Source: Candidatus Poseidoniaceae archaeon
GTDB lineage: Archaea > Thermoplasmatota > Poseidoniia > Poseidoniales > Poseidoniaceae
DNA: 64,000 nucleotides
NCBI GenBank assembly: GCA_943788655.1
Contig: CALSRB010000005.1
Location: 258,502 to 322,501 of the forward strand
Direction: 5' to 3'
Shown: positions 9,945 through 20,702 of the stretch, piece after piece
Layout: every line of letters starts with the position of its first letter
How positions within the stretch are numbered: position 1 is the stretch's first letter
The notes under the pieces: generated by a model
Database searches by the model: none
Seen by the model: the letters and a program-made list of their open reading frames with translations, nothing else
What the model was told of the DNA's origin: nothing
Translations under genes and position numbers: made by a program

Positions 9945-12486
9945 TGATTTCACCCTCCGTAACATCTGGCGCTGGTACTGGCAGCGGAGGGAGGTTTTCG
10001 AGCGGAATCATGCCAGTTTGCGGTTGGGCTTGACTCATCTCTTCGAGAGAACGAGATTGTTTTTCCTCGAAGAGAGCCTCTTCTAAATCGTGTTCATTGC
10101 GGCCCGATTTGACGACCAGTGCTGCGCTCGCACCTAAGATGAAGCCGAGACCGATGACGAGGTAGGTCAACCATGAGGCTTCAGGATTCTCACCGAGAAT
10201 GGCAACGGCTGCAGCGAATTCGCCATACTCATCCGACCATCCATCGTTGTTTGAATCAACGCACCCTTGCACATCGCGCTTGGAAGTACCAGCCTGCTCA
10301 GGACAGTCATCCCGGAAGGCGCCAAGTGGCACATCACCAAATCCATCACCATCGAGGTCTCGCCATTGCAAGGCTTCTGTTGGGAAGGCATCTGCGGCTC
10401 CTTGTGGGTGAGCTTCCCACGATGCTGTGGGATCCGACCAACCGTCTCCATCAGTGTCACGGCAGCCAAGGCGGTCAAGCATGGAAGTGCCGCGCACTTC
10501 CGGACATGCATCGCCCTGGTTCCCTTCTTCCCGATCGCCGTAACCATCACCATCAGAATCTCGCCATTGGGTCGGCTCATGGATGAATGCATCGCCAAGG
10601 TCCGACCAGCCATCGCCGTCAGTGTCAGCACAGCCCCATCGGTCGCCGCCTGAGGAAGGGCCGACTGAGGTGCCTGCTTGGTCAGGGCATACGTCAGCGG
10701 TTGTCCCTCGTGGGTTGTCCCCGCGTCCATCGCCATCGATGTCATGCCATTGAGTTGGATCCATCGGCCATGCGTCACCACGGCCACCCGGGCTTGCAAG
10801 CCAAGCATTTGTCGGGTCTGACCAGCCGTCTTGGTCGCTGTCTGGGCAGCCCCATCGGTCGAAGGTGGAAGCACCCTCGGTGGTCTTGCAACCATCGCCA
10901 CGGTAGGCATTTCGAAGGGTCTGACCATCGAAGTATTCGATGTTGTCACCGTAGCCGTCATCATCGGTGTCATGCCATTGACTTCGGTCTTCGGGGAAAG
11001 CATCGGCAAAACCGGCTGGGTGAGCAATCCAGTCGTTCGTTGGATTCGAAAATCCATCTTTGTCTGTATCTCGGCAACCCAAACGGTCGGCGTAAGAGAT
11101 CCATCCGGATTCTACTTCTTCTGGAGAAGAGAACACGCATACATCGCCCTCATAACCTTCTAAGTTGTCACCGTAACCATCACCATCTGTGTCACGATAT
11201 TGCGTGGGGATGAAGGGAAAATCATCGACTTGAGAGGCACCGTAGGTTTGGTTGTCGCCCCAACCATCCTCGTCGGTGTCAAGCCATTGAGTGGGATTAT
11301 CTGGGAAGTCGTCAACGAGGTTTGCCCCTTCGCTCTGGTTGTCACCCCAGCCATCAAAATCACGATCGCGCCACTGTGTTTCTTCGAACGGGAACGCGTC
11401 CGAACCATTGACGACCGTCCAGTTGACATCACCATCAGAATAGGTGTCGCCGTCCGAATCCGTGCAGCCATAACGGTCGCCGGATGAACTTCCGGTGATG
11501 AAAGGGCACGCATCCGGTGTTGTGGCATTGAAGAGATAGGAGCCTATGCCCCAACTGAGTCGAGAGGTGTTCCAGGCTTGATCAGCCCAGTTGTCGCCAT
11601 AACCATCAGAATCTGTGTCATTCCATTGGGTTGCATCGAGAGGGAAGGCATCACCTGTACCAACGGGGTGGGCGAACCAAGCGGTCACGCCATCAAGACC
11701 ACCTGGGTCCTCATCCGAGTAGCCGTCGCCGTCGGAATCAAGGCATCCAAAACGGTCCAATGAAGAGTAGCCACGTCGATAGGGGCAATGATCGCCCTGG
11801 TAGCCGTCAAGGTTGTCACCGTAATTGTCGTTGTCGCTGTCGAGCCATTGTGTTGGTTCAAGGAAAAAGGCATCAGCGCCGTTTTGTGGCAACCATCCCG
11901 CTTCGGGATCAGACCAGCCATCGCCGTCGGTGTCAGGGCATCCTTTCCGATCATTGGAAGAGGAACCGACCACATCGTCGCAATCATCGTCGATGTCAAC
12001 AAAGCCATCTTCATCGCTGTCTCGGTTGGTCTTGTCAATCGAAGGCGTGATTGTGTAATCGAACCCATCGTTGCACCATGAGTCGTCCGCTTTGACCTTG
12101 AAGTAAACGAAACTTTGTGCCCCAACGGTGGTTGAGAGGGTTTTCGAAGCAGCATTGTCGTCGACATAGGAGTCCACAATGGTCCCGCCTTGGGCGTTTA
12201 GCAGGGAAACCCGTCCTTGCCACCCATCACCAGGGCACCACCACGCAGGACCGTTCATGGTTCCCGAAAAAGAAATCTGAACAATGTCGCCTTTCTTTGC
12301 TTCAATCTTCCAATAATCGGACTGATCATTTCCCGCATCGCAGTCGGGGTCGCAGACATAACCGCTGGAAGTAACACCGTCTGTCAGGGGCGTAGCGCTC
12401 TGAATATTGTTATCGGCAACAGCAGGTGGAATTGTACAAAGCAGCAAGGCCGCGAGCCATAGGGCCAGCACACGCCTCGCGAGCAT
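9937..12486 (-). CDS. Thrombospondin type-3-like repeat surface protein with N-terminal PPC-like domain and C-terminal TM
   Basis: Signal peptide MLARRVLALWL, DYWKIEAKKGDIVQI PPC-like motif, tandem DAFP.D.TQW.D.DGDGYGDN / DR.GC.D.DGDGWSD repeats. Confidence 0.85.
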   Translation of the reverse strand: MLARRVLALWLAALLLCTIPPAVADNNIQSATPLTDGVTSSGYVCDPDCDAGNDQSDYWKIEAKKGDIVQISFSGTMNGPAWWCPGDGWQGRVSLLNAQGGTIVDSYVDDNAASKTLSTTVGAQSFVYFKVKADDSWCNDGFDYTITPSIDKTNRDSDEDGFVDIDDDCDDVVGSSSNDRKGCPDTDGDGWSDPEAGWLPQNGADAFFLEPTQWLDSDNDNYGDNLDGYQGDHCPYRRGYSSLDRFGCLDSDGDGYSDEDPGGLDGVTAWFAHPVGTGDAFPLDATQWNDTDSDGYGDNWADQAWNTSRLSWGIGSYLFNATTPDACPFITGSSSGDRYGCTDSDGDTYSDGDVNWTVVNGSDAFPFEETQWRDRDFDGWGDNQSEGANLVDDFPDNPTQWLDTDEDGWGDNQTYGASQVDDFPFIPTQYRDTDGDGYGDNLEGYEGDVCVFSSPEEVESGWISYADRLGCRDTDKDGFSNPTNDWIAHPAGFADAFPEDRSQWHDTDDDGYGDNIEYFDGQTLRNAYRGDGCKTTEGASTFDRWGCPDSDQDGWSDPTNAWLASPGGRGDAWPMDPTQWHDIDGDGRGDNPRGTTADVCPDQAGTSVGPSSGGDRWGCADTDGDGWSDLGDAFIHEPTQWRDSDGDGYGDREEGNQGDACPEVRGTSMLDRLGCRDTDGDGWSDPTASWEAHPQGAADAFPTEALQWRDLDGDGFGDVPLGAFRDDCPEQAGTSKRDVQGCVDSNNDGWSDEYGEFAAAVAILGENPEASWLTYLVIGLGFILGASAALVVKSGRNEHDLEEALFEEKQSRSLEEMSQAQPQTGMIPLENLPPLPVPAPDVTEGEINA

Positions 12487-12711
12487 GGTTGCCCAAGAGG
12501 TGGTGTGCCTATGAACACTACCCGTCGCCATTGACAGGTGGTGGTTGCCAAAGTACCGTTTAGGATTGTGGCCGAGCAGCCAAATTAAGTTCTTCAGATG
12601 AGCAAAACGGCATGGTTGTTGAGGATTCAGATTTGGAATGCTGAATGCTGTGTATTGGAGCAAGATTACCTTGAACAAACTTGACCGATGGGTTTCATCA
12701 ATCCATCCGCC

Positions 12712-13995
12712 TCAGAGTGCGTTTGGTGCTTGATTGCCTAACAACGAAGCGTAAATTCGCTCAAAATCTTCCGCATTGTGTTCGTATGTATATTGAGACA
12801 ATACCCGCTCCCTACCAGCTTTCGCCTTGTTGATTCGCTGCTCAGGAGCATCGAGCATTCGACAGACAGACTTCGCCAAATCGATTGGGTCTCCTGAGTT
12901 GAAGAGATCACCAACCGAATGATCGATCATTTCGGTCAAAGGAGGTTGATTTACGGTTACAACTGGTGTGCCACTGGCCAATGATTCGAGTGGAATCAGA
13001 CCCTGCCCCTCATAGTAGGAGGGGTAGACAACGAGATCTGCAGAACGGAAGTGCTGTGCTAAATCCTCAAACGACATACTGCTGCGAATAAATACCGCAT
13101 GTTCGACGCCCAATTTTCGAGCATTTTTTAGCAGTCTTTTCTTCATGTGTCCCCTGCCAACGATGACCAATCTGGCACCTGGATGCTCTTGTAAAATAGC
13201 AGGGAGGGCTCGAATGAGAGTCATGTAGCCCTTTCTGGCGACGAGTCTTCCAACTGCTAACATCATGGGAGTTTTTGTCTCAGCCATGTAACTCAAGGCA
13301 GCTTCGTCTCCACAATCATAAGATGAACGTATTTTTTCATGATTTAATTGCTCTTCCTCATCGTCTTGATTCGGAGGTCGAAACACCTTATGGTCGCATC
13401 CCCATAGCACAACTTCACAATTAAAATTGTCAGATGGCTTGTACCAATTTTCGAATTCTGATAGGGTCGATTTAGAATTCGAAACACATATACTTGATTC
13501 GAGGATTCCTGCTCGTTCATATTTTGAATAATACGTACCAGTCAACCTTATTGCAAGGTCGTTTGGATTTCTCCAAGTAGCGGACTCCTTAGCCTTCGCC
13601 GCCCGAATCACTCCTTGCTTCTCGCCCAACCAAGAACCGTGCAAAGAGGAGCAAACTGGAGCGATGTTCTCTTCCATAAATCTAAACTCTTTCCTAGAAA
13701 AAGACGCTAATGGTAAATGGATGTGGATCACATCGATCGCTTCTAATCTGTTGAGATGCTTCAGGGCCTTTAACGAGTTTTTAGCATAGGAACGAGTAAA
13801 CGCCATCGGGGCCTTCAACCAAGGCACTTCGATAATGGTCACACCTTGTTGGGCTGGAGCCTTTCCTTTGTGTGCTCGTGTGATGATGGTGATGCTGTGC
13901 CCACGTGCCGCCAAATGGCCTGCAAGATGGAACACCACCGAGCCAATCCCCCCCCATCGGGGAGGGTATTCACCCGACACCATGACGATGTGCAT
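12712..13995 (-). CDS. Glycosyltransferase family 4
   Basis: MHIVMVSGEYPPRWGGIG start, VGRLVARKG, PSYYEGQGLIPLES. Confidence 0.9.
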   Translation of the reverse strand: MHIVMVSGEYPPRWGGIGSVVFHLAGHLAARGHSITIITRAHKGKAPAQQGVTIIEVPWLKAPMAFTRSYAKNSLKALKHLNRLEAIDVIHIHLPLASFSRKEFRFMEENIAPVCSSLHGSWLGEKQGVIRAAKAKESATWRNPNDLAIRLTGTYYSKYERAGILESSICVSNSKSTLSEFENWYKPSDNFNCEVVLWGCDHKVFRPPNQDDEEEQLNHEKIRSSYDCGDEAALSYMAETKTPMMLAVGRLVARKGYMTLIRALPAILQEHPGARLVIVGRGHMKKRLLKNARKLGVEHAVFIRSSMSFEDLAQHFRSADLVVYPSYYEGQGLIPLESLASGTPVVTVNQPPLTEMIDHSVGDLFNSGDPIDLAKSVCRMLDAPEQRINKAKAGRERVLSQYTYEHNAEDFERIYASLLGNQAPNAL

Positions 13996-14101
13996 GACGG
14001 TCCGAGTGCGCACTTGGGTTTCAATGTCACCGAAATGAATCACCACCTCCTTCAACTTCTCGTTCCAATGCTTTGAAGGGGGTTGTGTTTGTCGGAGAAT
14101 C

Positions 14102-14875
14102 ATGGGCGAAAAACTCCCAGTTACCGTGACGGTGATTCTTCCAACTCGAAACGAAGAGGAAGCATTAGGTCCGACCATTGACGCAATCCCTCGAGGATGG
14201 TGTAAAAACCTCGAAATTATGATTGTTGATGGAAATTCCAGCGACCGAACACGTGAAATCGCCCTCGAAAAGAAAATTCGAGTCCACCTCGAAGACCGCA
14301 AAGGATACGGTCGAGCCTACAGAACTGGGTTTGACGTGGCTAAAAACGACATCATCGTGACAATGGATGCAGACTGCACCTACCCTGCTGAACTCGTGCC
14401 AACCCTCGTGAAGCGCTTGCTGGATGACGACCTTGATTTCATCACATGCGATCGACTCTCGCTTGCTGAAGAGGGTTCCATGCCCGGCATCCATGGATTT
14501 GGTAACTGGGCGCTTTCCTTCACTGCTCGACTCTTGTTTGGTTACGGAATCAAAGATTCCCAATCCGGCATGTGGGTGTTCAGGAAATCCATCTTTGACA
14601 ACGAAGCAATGCGTCCAACCAACGACGGTATGCCCCTTTCTGAAGAGATGAAAATTCTCGCTCGTCGTGTCCTTGGAAAGAACAAGGCCGTAGAAATCTC
14701 CGTCCCATACCGTCCACGTGTTGGTGAAGCAGAAATCCACACATGGGGCGATGGATGGAAGAACTTCAAATTCCTCTTCGCTCGCCGAGTGGGTCTTCAC
14801 CGAACTCGAACACCGTGGGGCGCACGCCCCTCAAACCCTGATTCGACCAATGGCGACATTCCTGAACAAGCTTGA
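14102..14875 (+). CDS. Glycosyltransferase family 2 (polyprenol-phosphate glycosyltransferase-like)
   Basis: VILPTRNEE, IVDGNSSDRT, GYGRA, TMDADCTY, DSQSGM. Confidence 0.9.
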   Translation: MGEKLPVTVTVILPTRNEEEALGPTIDAIPRGWCKNLEIMIVDGNSSDRTREIALEKKIRVHLEDRKGYGRAYRTGFDVAKNDIIVTMDADCTYPAELVPTLVKRLLDDDLDFITCDRLSLAEEGSMPGIHGFGNWALSFTARLLFGYGIKDSQSGMWVFRKSIFDNEAMRPTNDGMPLSEEMKILARRVLGKNKAVEISVPYRPRVGEAEIHTWGDGWKNFKFLFARRVGLHRTRTPWGARPSNPDSTNGDIPEQA

Positions 14876-14886
14876 GTTGATGCTCT

Positions 14887-15522
14887 GTGGAATTCTGGCA
14901 CCAAAAATGGTCAACCAATCAAATTGGGTTCCACCGGCCCGTGGTGAACGATCTGCTAGCCAAGCACTGGTCGAGCATTGAAGCAAATCAAGGCGCCAAT
15001 GTGCTCGTACCATTGTGTGGAAAAACCATGGACATGCACTGGTTAAGCGACAAGGGCCACACAATCACAGGGATTGAATTGGTCGAACAGGCCGTTCATC
15101 AGTTCTTTGATGAGGGCAAAACAACGCCTGCGATTCAGCAAGAAGGTGCTCACAAAAGGTACACTGCCGGTGACTTGACCATCTTGCAAGGTGATTTGTT
15201 CACCCTGCCAGCCGAGGCTGCTTCATGCGAGGCATGGTACGACCGGGCGGCAATGGTGGCCCTCCCCTCGACCATGCGGCAAGCCTATGTGAATCAAATT
15301 CATTCGTTGTGCACACCTGGTTCTGTAGGATTGATGATTACCTTTGCCTATCCGCAAGAGCAGATGCAGGGCCCTCCGTTTTCATTGCCTGATCAAGAAG
15401 TGAGCGCTTTATTTGCAGACAGGTTTCAAGTCACCCTCCTCGAAACTGTTCAACTGGAAGATGAAAAGCAACGGGGCCTGTCTGAACTCACGTCATCGGT
15501 GTTCAAACTGGTACGAATTTGA
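14887..15522 (+). CDS. tpm: Thiopurine S-methyltransferase family protein
   Basis: FW..KW...QIGFH, VLVPLCGKT.DM.WL, YDRAAMVALP, GPPFS. Confidence 0.9.
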   Translation: MEFWHQKWSTNQIGFHRPVVNDLLAKHWSSIEANQGANVLVPLCGKTMDMHWLSDKGHTITGIELVEQAVHQFFDEGKTTPAIQQEGAHKRYTAGDLTILQGDLFTLPAEAASCEAWYDRAAMVALPSTMRQAYVNQIHSLCTPGSVGLMITFAYPQEQMQGPPFSLPDQEVSALFADRFQVTLLETVQLEDEKQRGLSELTSSVFKLVRI

Positions 15523-15523
15523 A

Positions 15524-18500
15524 TCAAACGTTGTCCCAATCGAGGTCAGCGCCGGTCAATGGCTTTGCTTCTTTAGGTTCGCCGTCGTCCTCTGCTTCAA
15601 CCTCGGTCGCACCATCCATGGCCCCACCTTCTAAGGAAGATGGCGCTGCTTTGGCAATTGGTTCAACTCGCTTCACAGAACTAAATGCATCCCAAGATTC
15701 GATCATGTCCAATTCAGCAAGTCGGGATCGTCGGCGCGTGGCCATCATCGCCACGAGAACAAGCAGCCCAACAAAGCCACCAATTGCGCCAACAAGCATC
15801 ATTGTTCGGTTGTCGGTTGGAGGCTCGGTGATGTCGAGGGTGACGCTGATGACATCGACGTTGGCATCTTCACCCTCGCCGTCGGTTGCGATGACTTTCA
15901 TGTTTGGTCGCCCCGCACCGTCTGGACGCAGTTCGAGCGCACCTTCCCAAACACCGTCACCGTTTGTGTCTGAAAGGTTGAAGGCCCATTCTTGTTGATT
16001 GTATTTGACCGTCACACGAACATCTTCTGTCGTTCCATCTGCGTCGTCCATAGTCACGGTGACTGACAAGGTGTTGACTTGCCCTGCCACCAAGGGAACT
16101 GGAGAATAAACGAGGTTCGATAGGCGCGGCAAACTCGATTGAACTGTGATGTTGGCAAAGACTTCGTCTTCTCCACCACGGCTGTCTCGAATGTAGAGCG
16201 AAATCATATGCTCACCTGGCGACAAACGGACTTCGTCCATGCTCCGTGTCGAGAGGATGCTGTACGTCCCATTAAGGGCCCAATGGCGCCATTCTCGAGC
16301 CACCATATCATCGTCCGCATCACTTGATTCCTCGCTGAGAATGATGACGCCCCCCGCCTCAATTGAATCACGATTTGCAGGCGCCACCATCGTAGCAATC
16401 GGGTCCGATTGGCCAATCGTGAGCGTCAAGAACGTACTCGAGGCCAAGCCTGTTTCGTCTTGAAGCGTAACTTCGATTGAATGCGTTCCTGCTGGAAGAT
16501 TGCTGATGTGAGTTTGGCTTGGGTCGACTGCGTCCAACAGGGGTTCACTCAACAAGTCACTGCGAACCGTCAATGTGAAATTGTCCCCATCATAATCGAG
16601 GGAAGGAACAGCGTTCCAAAAAATCGGTTCTGAGGAGCGGAGGATCTCGCCATCCACGGGCGTAACCAATTCGAGAACCGGGGCAGAGGTCGACACTTCG
16701 ATGGTCTTCGACACGAGCACTGGCTCGTGGATTCCATCATCCAAACTGAGCGTGACCGTGTGTGTTCCTGCCGAGAGTCGGCCGTCAAAAATGAGGTAAT
16801 CCTCGCCCTCTGGGGTAAGGCGACCGTCCAAATCACTTGACCATACGACGACCAAAAATTCTGAGCCTGCAAACGGTTGAGCATCAGCACAGTGCCATGT
16901 ACCGTTCACCGGAAATGTGAAGCAAGCAGCATCATAATCGCCTGAGCCATTAGCTGAGAACCAGATTGTTTCTGAGGATGTGTAGACTTGTGTTTCGAGG
17001 GGTGACTCAATGATGGCCCGAGGGAGCGAATTGTCAACGGTCACCAACGTGCTGTTGATCCTTGTTGAATTGATGTGTTCTGGCCGATCATCAACCACCC
17101 GCATTTCGATGGTGTGAACGCCCCTTGACAAATGGCCAGTCCAGGTGGTTGCATTCGCACCGTTGGACCAAGCGAGTTGTCCATCCAAACTCGACCACCA
17201 TTCAACTTCGAGGGTATCTCCTTCGGGATCGATGGTCGTCGTTCCATCGAAGGTGACCAGGCTTTCACTGTAGTTTTCTGCTCGTTGAACTTCGAACATG
17301 GGTTCTGGAACCTCGTTGAACAATTCAACAGGGATTCGGTACTCGGTTGGTGGGTTGATGTTGTCAAAGGCATAAATCACAACATCGAACGTCGAAGGAA
17401 CGCTTTCATCCATCGTGAGATTCATCCACAACTCGTCGGGGCACGAAGTGGCTTCTTCTTCATCAAAAATGTAAGAGCGTCCCAACCAACATACCAGCGG
17501 GTCGTTCTCAAGATCATAAGTGCCTGAAAGGTTGAAGAGGACATGTTGGGTTCGAGGGATGATCAATTCAGACCAAGGCGAGAGGGCAGGTTCAACATCG
17601 AGCACAATGATGGGTGCTTGGTTGATGAGTTCTATGATTCTCTGCTCATCAACGCAATGCGCAGCATCATCGCAAACGCTCAGCGTGATCGTGTGAATGC
17701 CATCGGACAGTTCACAGGACCAAGTGTCGTTGACATTGACCGTGAAAGGTACACCGTCGGCTGGGCTGTTTGCGCCGTCCCAACTCACGAGGCAGGAGTC
17801 TTCAATGCTGCCATCGAGGTCACTCGTCCATGCCCAAACAAGAGCGTCGTTGTCCAAATCCCAAGAGTGAGAAGCATTGAACAAAACAGCGCCTTGTGAA
17901 GGGTAGACCATGCTGTCTAACGGGGTGTCCCAAATGACGAATGGGGGTTGGTTCTCCAGTGGGAGAACACAATTGATGAAACGGTCTTGGTCGAGGACAT
18001 CGCTGGTGGAGTTCGAAATGCTGTCGTAACCACAGTCAATCTCGACCATGTTGTGGCTCGATGCCCCTGTATTGGTCCAGCGCTGACCCACGAAATTCGG
18101 CAATTCAACATAGCCAAGGTCGTTGGTTGTCGCTTGCAGTGAGGGTTCAAAGTCTGTGAAATTCGCATTGACATTGGCGTTTGGAATGCCATTGTTGACG
18201 GTGTTTACAACCCACACTGTGATGTCCCAAGCAACGTCAACATGAGCGCCAGAAGCGATGGTTGCAAGGCTCAAGTCCACGCCAGATGGCCGGTGTAGAC
18301 GCAGTGAGGAAGTGCTGTCGAGTTGCAGACCTTTTGCGCCTGTTGCATCGGTAAGGGTTGACCAATTCACCTGACTGTTTTGTAGCACAATGGACCCCGT
18401 GCAATCGGCAGTGATGGTGTTTCCATAGCCGGAGAGGTCTGTGTGATCTACCAAGGTAAGGCATGCTGTGTCACCGGAGAGGTGTGTTCTGCTAAGACTC

Positions 18501-20341
18501 GATGGGAAATTGCCATTGTTGTCTGCGTTCCATTCAATGCCACTGTGATTGCCAGTCATGCTGATGAGGTCCATGTCGGCTGCGGCATAGTTGAGGGAAA
18601 TGGCTGGAATTCCAGGTGAATCCAGGTCGATGGTTGCGCCGTGCACTTGGACCCGTCCGCCTTGTTGACCGAGCGTCAAGCCTTGATTGTCAACAATCAG
18701 AGGTGAGCGAGCGGGGTTGTTGTCTGAAAGAGAGAGCTCGTAGAGCCACAAGTCAACAGAGTTGAGAGCATAAAGACCCGATCCCGAGGAACCTGTGACG
18801 GTGCAATTTCGGCATGTCACATCACCAGAAGAAGATTCAATGTCGTTTGATTTTTCATAATACAAACCTGCCTGATCTCCAAGAGGGGCCGAGGCGGGGT
18901 CGCCACCATTGTCATTCGCGGTGAGGTTTTCGAAGGTAACGTATCGAGCGTCGTAAACGTGCGCCCCTGATTCCCCATTGGAGGAAAGATTGAGGCCTTC
19001 AACAATCACCGTTGCTTTGTCGATGAACAAGCCATCCTTGGTGTTGTTGTGAAGGTTCCAATCCGATCCCTGCATGGCACCGCCAGAAGTCGATGAAACG
19101 CCAGATCCTACTGAACCAGAGACTGTGAGACCGTCAAAGTGTGGCGCAAAGAACGAGGAACGAACCGCGACACCTGATTCGTGTGGACCTTGCCCTGGGT
19201 CCCCTGAATTGAGGACCGTTAAATTCCGGAAGGTCGTCGAACTGTCAACGAAGTACAGTCGGACACCAACAGTGGTTGAGTCCTCGACAAGGGTGTTTTC
19301 GAACCATGCTCCAGTGGCATTGACATCGATGGCAGCATAGCCGATGTTGGCTGTCGTGGCCCCAGCCCCACCTGTGCCTCGAACCGTAAGATTGGTGAAA
19401 TCCGCCGTTTCATAGTTTGTGTAATTCGTGTGGTTGAGTTTGTCAACATAGACACCCCTGTACATGGAATTGGTGACCGTGGCATCTTTGACAACCGCTC
19501 GGGTGTACCCACCGTCATCCACATGGCGAACAACGATTCCGTTGTCCGATTTGTCGATGGTGATGTTTGTCAAAAGTGGTTGACTGTCTTCGACCCAAAC
19601 GCCTGCAACCATTGCCCAAGAAGATCCGCTGATGTTGTCCATGACGACGTTGCGAACCAATCCACCTGAACCACCCCAGATGTTGATGGCTCGAGTGAGG
19701 TGATCGGTGAAATATGCTCCATCCACAATGGGTGTGCTGCCTGCCCCAATGGAGAGTCCAATTCCATAGCGCCAATCGTTCTGAAACGGAACCATGCGGC
19801 CCGCCTGATCGATGTAAAGGTCATGAATGGTCGGTGACGAACTGCTGAACAAATCCATGCCGACTCGGTCTGGATTGATGATGGTGAGGTTGGCGAAGAA
19901 AGGGTTGCTTCCGTACATGGTAACGCCATAGATTGAATCCTCAATCGTCAAGTTTTCGATGACAGACCCTCGGCCGTTTGAACTGCTGTTGAATTGGAGC
20001 CCTTCGTGATCTGAACTAGCAAATGAATACATGACAACAGGGCAGCTTGATGTGCCTTCAACCGTCAAGCGACCTTCAACATAGATTCGAGCACCAGCGC
20101 CAAGTTCGATTTGGGTGCAGGCACTGACGATGAGTTCGTCGAACACGGTAATCGTGTAACTCGTGGTGACGGTCACTGTTCCCGACCATGTGGTCTGCGC
20201 TTTTGGCGAGGCAGGCTTAGCATCGACCGGTTCAGATTCATCAAGGTCGCTTGCAGGAGAGAGAACGCCGCCATATGGCATGCTGACCAACAATCCAACC
20301 AAGACAAGAGCCAACCAATGTCGCTGCGCCTTTGTGTCCAT
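15524..20341 (-). CDS. Large surface protein (about 1605 aa) with right-handed beta-helix repeats, PKD/Ig-like repeats and C-terminal TM anchor
   Basis: Parallel beta-helix-like repeats in the N-terminal half, repeated W.S.LDG / LS.G.HTI.L Ig-like units, TM helix followed by RRRSR. Confidence 0.8.
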   Translation of the reverse strand: MDTKAQRHWLALVLVGLLVSMPYGGVLSPASDLDESEPVDAKPASPKAQTTWSGTVTVTTSYTITVFDELIVSACTQIELGAGARIYVEGRLTVEGTSSCPVVMYSFASSDHEGLQFNSSSNGRGSVIENLTIEDSIYGVTMYGSNPFFANLTIINPDRVGMDLFSSSSPTIHDLYIDQAGRMVPFQNDWRYGIGLSIGAGSTPIVDGAYFTDHLTRAINIWGGSGGLVRNVVMDNISGSSWAMVAGVWVEDSQPLLTNITIDKSDNGIVVRHVDDGGYTRAVVKDATVTNSMYRGVYVDKLNHTNYTNYETADFTNLTVRGTGGAGATTANIGYAAIDVNATGAWFENTLVEDSTTVGVRLYFVDSSTTFRNLTVLNSGDPGQGPHESGVAVRSSFFAPHFDGLTVSGSVGSGVSSTSGGAMQGSDWNLHNNTKDGLFIDKATVIVEGLNLSSNGESGAHVYDARYVTFENLTANDNGGDPASAPLGDQAGLYYEKSNDIESSSGDVTCRNCTVTGSSGSGLYALNSVDLWLYELSLSDNNPARSPLIVDNQGLTLGQQGGRVQVHGATIDLDSPGIPAISLNYAAADMDLISMTGNHSGIEWNADNNGNFPSSLSRTHLSGDTACLTLVDHTDLSGYGNTITADCTGSIVLQNSQVNWSTLTDATGAKGLQLDSTSSLRLHRPSGVDLSLATIASGAHVDVAWDITVWVVNTVNNGIPNANVNANFTDFEPSLQATTNDLGYVELPNFVGQRWTNTGASSHNMVEIDCGYDSISNSTSDVLDQDRFINCVLPLENQPPFVIWDTPLDSMVYPSQGAVLFNASHSWDLDNDALVWAWTSDLDGSIEDSCLVSWDGANSPADGVPFTVNVNDTWSCELSDGIHTITLSVCDDAAHCVDEQRIIELINQAPIIVLDVEPALSPWSELIIPRTQHVLFNLSGTYDLENDPLVCWLGRSYIFDEEEATSCPDELWMNLTMDESVPSTFDVVIYAFDNINPPTEYRIPVELFNEVPEPMFEVQRAENYSESLVTFDGTTTIDPEGDTLEVEWWSSLDGQLAWSNGANATTWTGHLSRGVHTIEMRVVDDRPEHINSTRINSTLVTVDNSLPRAIIESPLETQVYTSSETIWFSANGSGDYDAACFTFPVNGTWHCADAQPFAGSEFLVVVWSSDLDGRLTPEGEDYLIFDGRLSAGTHTVTLSLDDGIHEPVLVSKTIEVSTSAPVLELVTPVDGEILRSSEPIFWNAVPSLDYDGDNFTLTVRSDLLSEPLLDAVDPSQTHISNLPAGTHSIEVTLQDETGLASSTFLTLTIGQSDPIATMVAPANRDSIEAGGVIILSEESSDADDDMVAREWRHWALNGTYSILSTRSMDEVRLSPGEHMISLYIRDSRGGEDEVFANITVQSSLPRLSNLVYSPVPLVAGQVNTLSVTVTMDDADGTTEDVRVTVKYNQQEWAFNLSDTNGDGVWEGALELRPDGAGRPNMKVIATDGEGEDANVDVISVTLDITEPPTDNRTMMLVGAIGGFVGLLVLVAMMATRRRSRLAELDMIESWDAFSSVKRVEPIAKAAPSSLEGGAMDGATEVEAEDDGEPKEAKPLTGADLDWDNV

Positions 20342-20458
20342 GTCCTTAGGCCGTTGCAAATGCACTTCAATGGTTCGGCTTTGTGCATGCGCTGACCGTA
20401 TTCGGGCCTCATGTCATTACTTCGCAACCAATAAGACCAGTCGGCGATTGGCCAAATC

Positions 20459-20692
20459 ATGCCTGAGGCTTTTGTGTTGTTCAAAACCCTTCCATCCCAC
20501 GAGCGTGAGGTCTACCTTGCCCTTTCAGAACACAAAGCCATTGCCGAGGTCCATGCTCTTTACGGCGAATTTGATCTTTTGGTTCGCGTCAGTTCGGAAG
20601 ACCCTGGCGAACTCACCTCAATGCTCATGAGAGAATTCCGTCAAATTGCTGGCGTAAAAGAAACACAGACGCTGATTGCTGTCGAATATTAA
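20459..20692 (+). CDS. Lrp/AsnC ligand-binding (RAM) domain-only protein
   Basis: 77 aa; EVHALYGEFDLLVRV and I.GVKETQTLI pattern; no HTH. Confidence 0.85.
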   Translation: MPEAFVLFKTLPSHEREVYLALSEHKAIAEVHALYGEFDLLVRVSSEDPGELTSMLMREFRQIAGVKETQTLIAVEY

Positions 20693-20702
20693 GGTGAGAA
20701 AA

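Noticed and set aside
9937-12486. Regular DNA repeats that might suggest a CRISPR array or a DGR template/variable pair
   Set aside because: They are degenerate coding repeats of TSP3-like units. There are no identical repeats with spacers, no adenine-specific differences that I could see, and no reverse transcriptase or cas gene.
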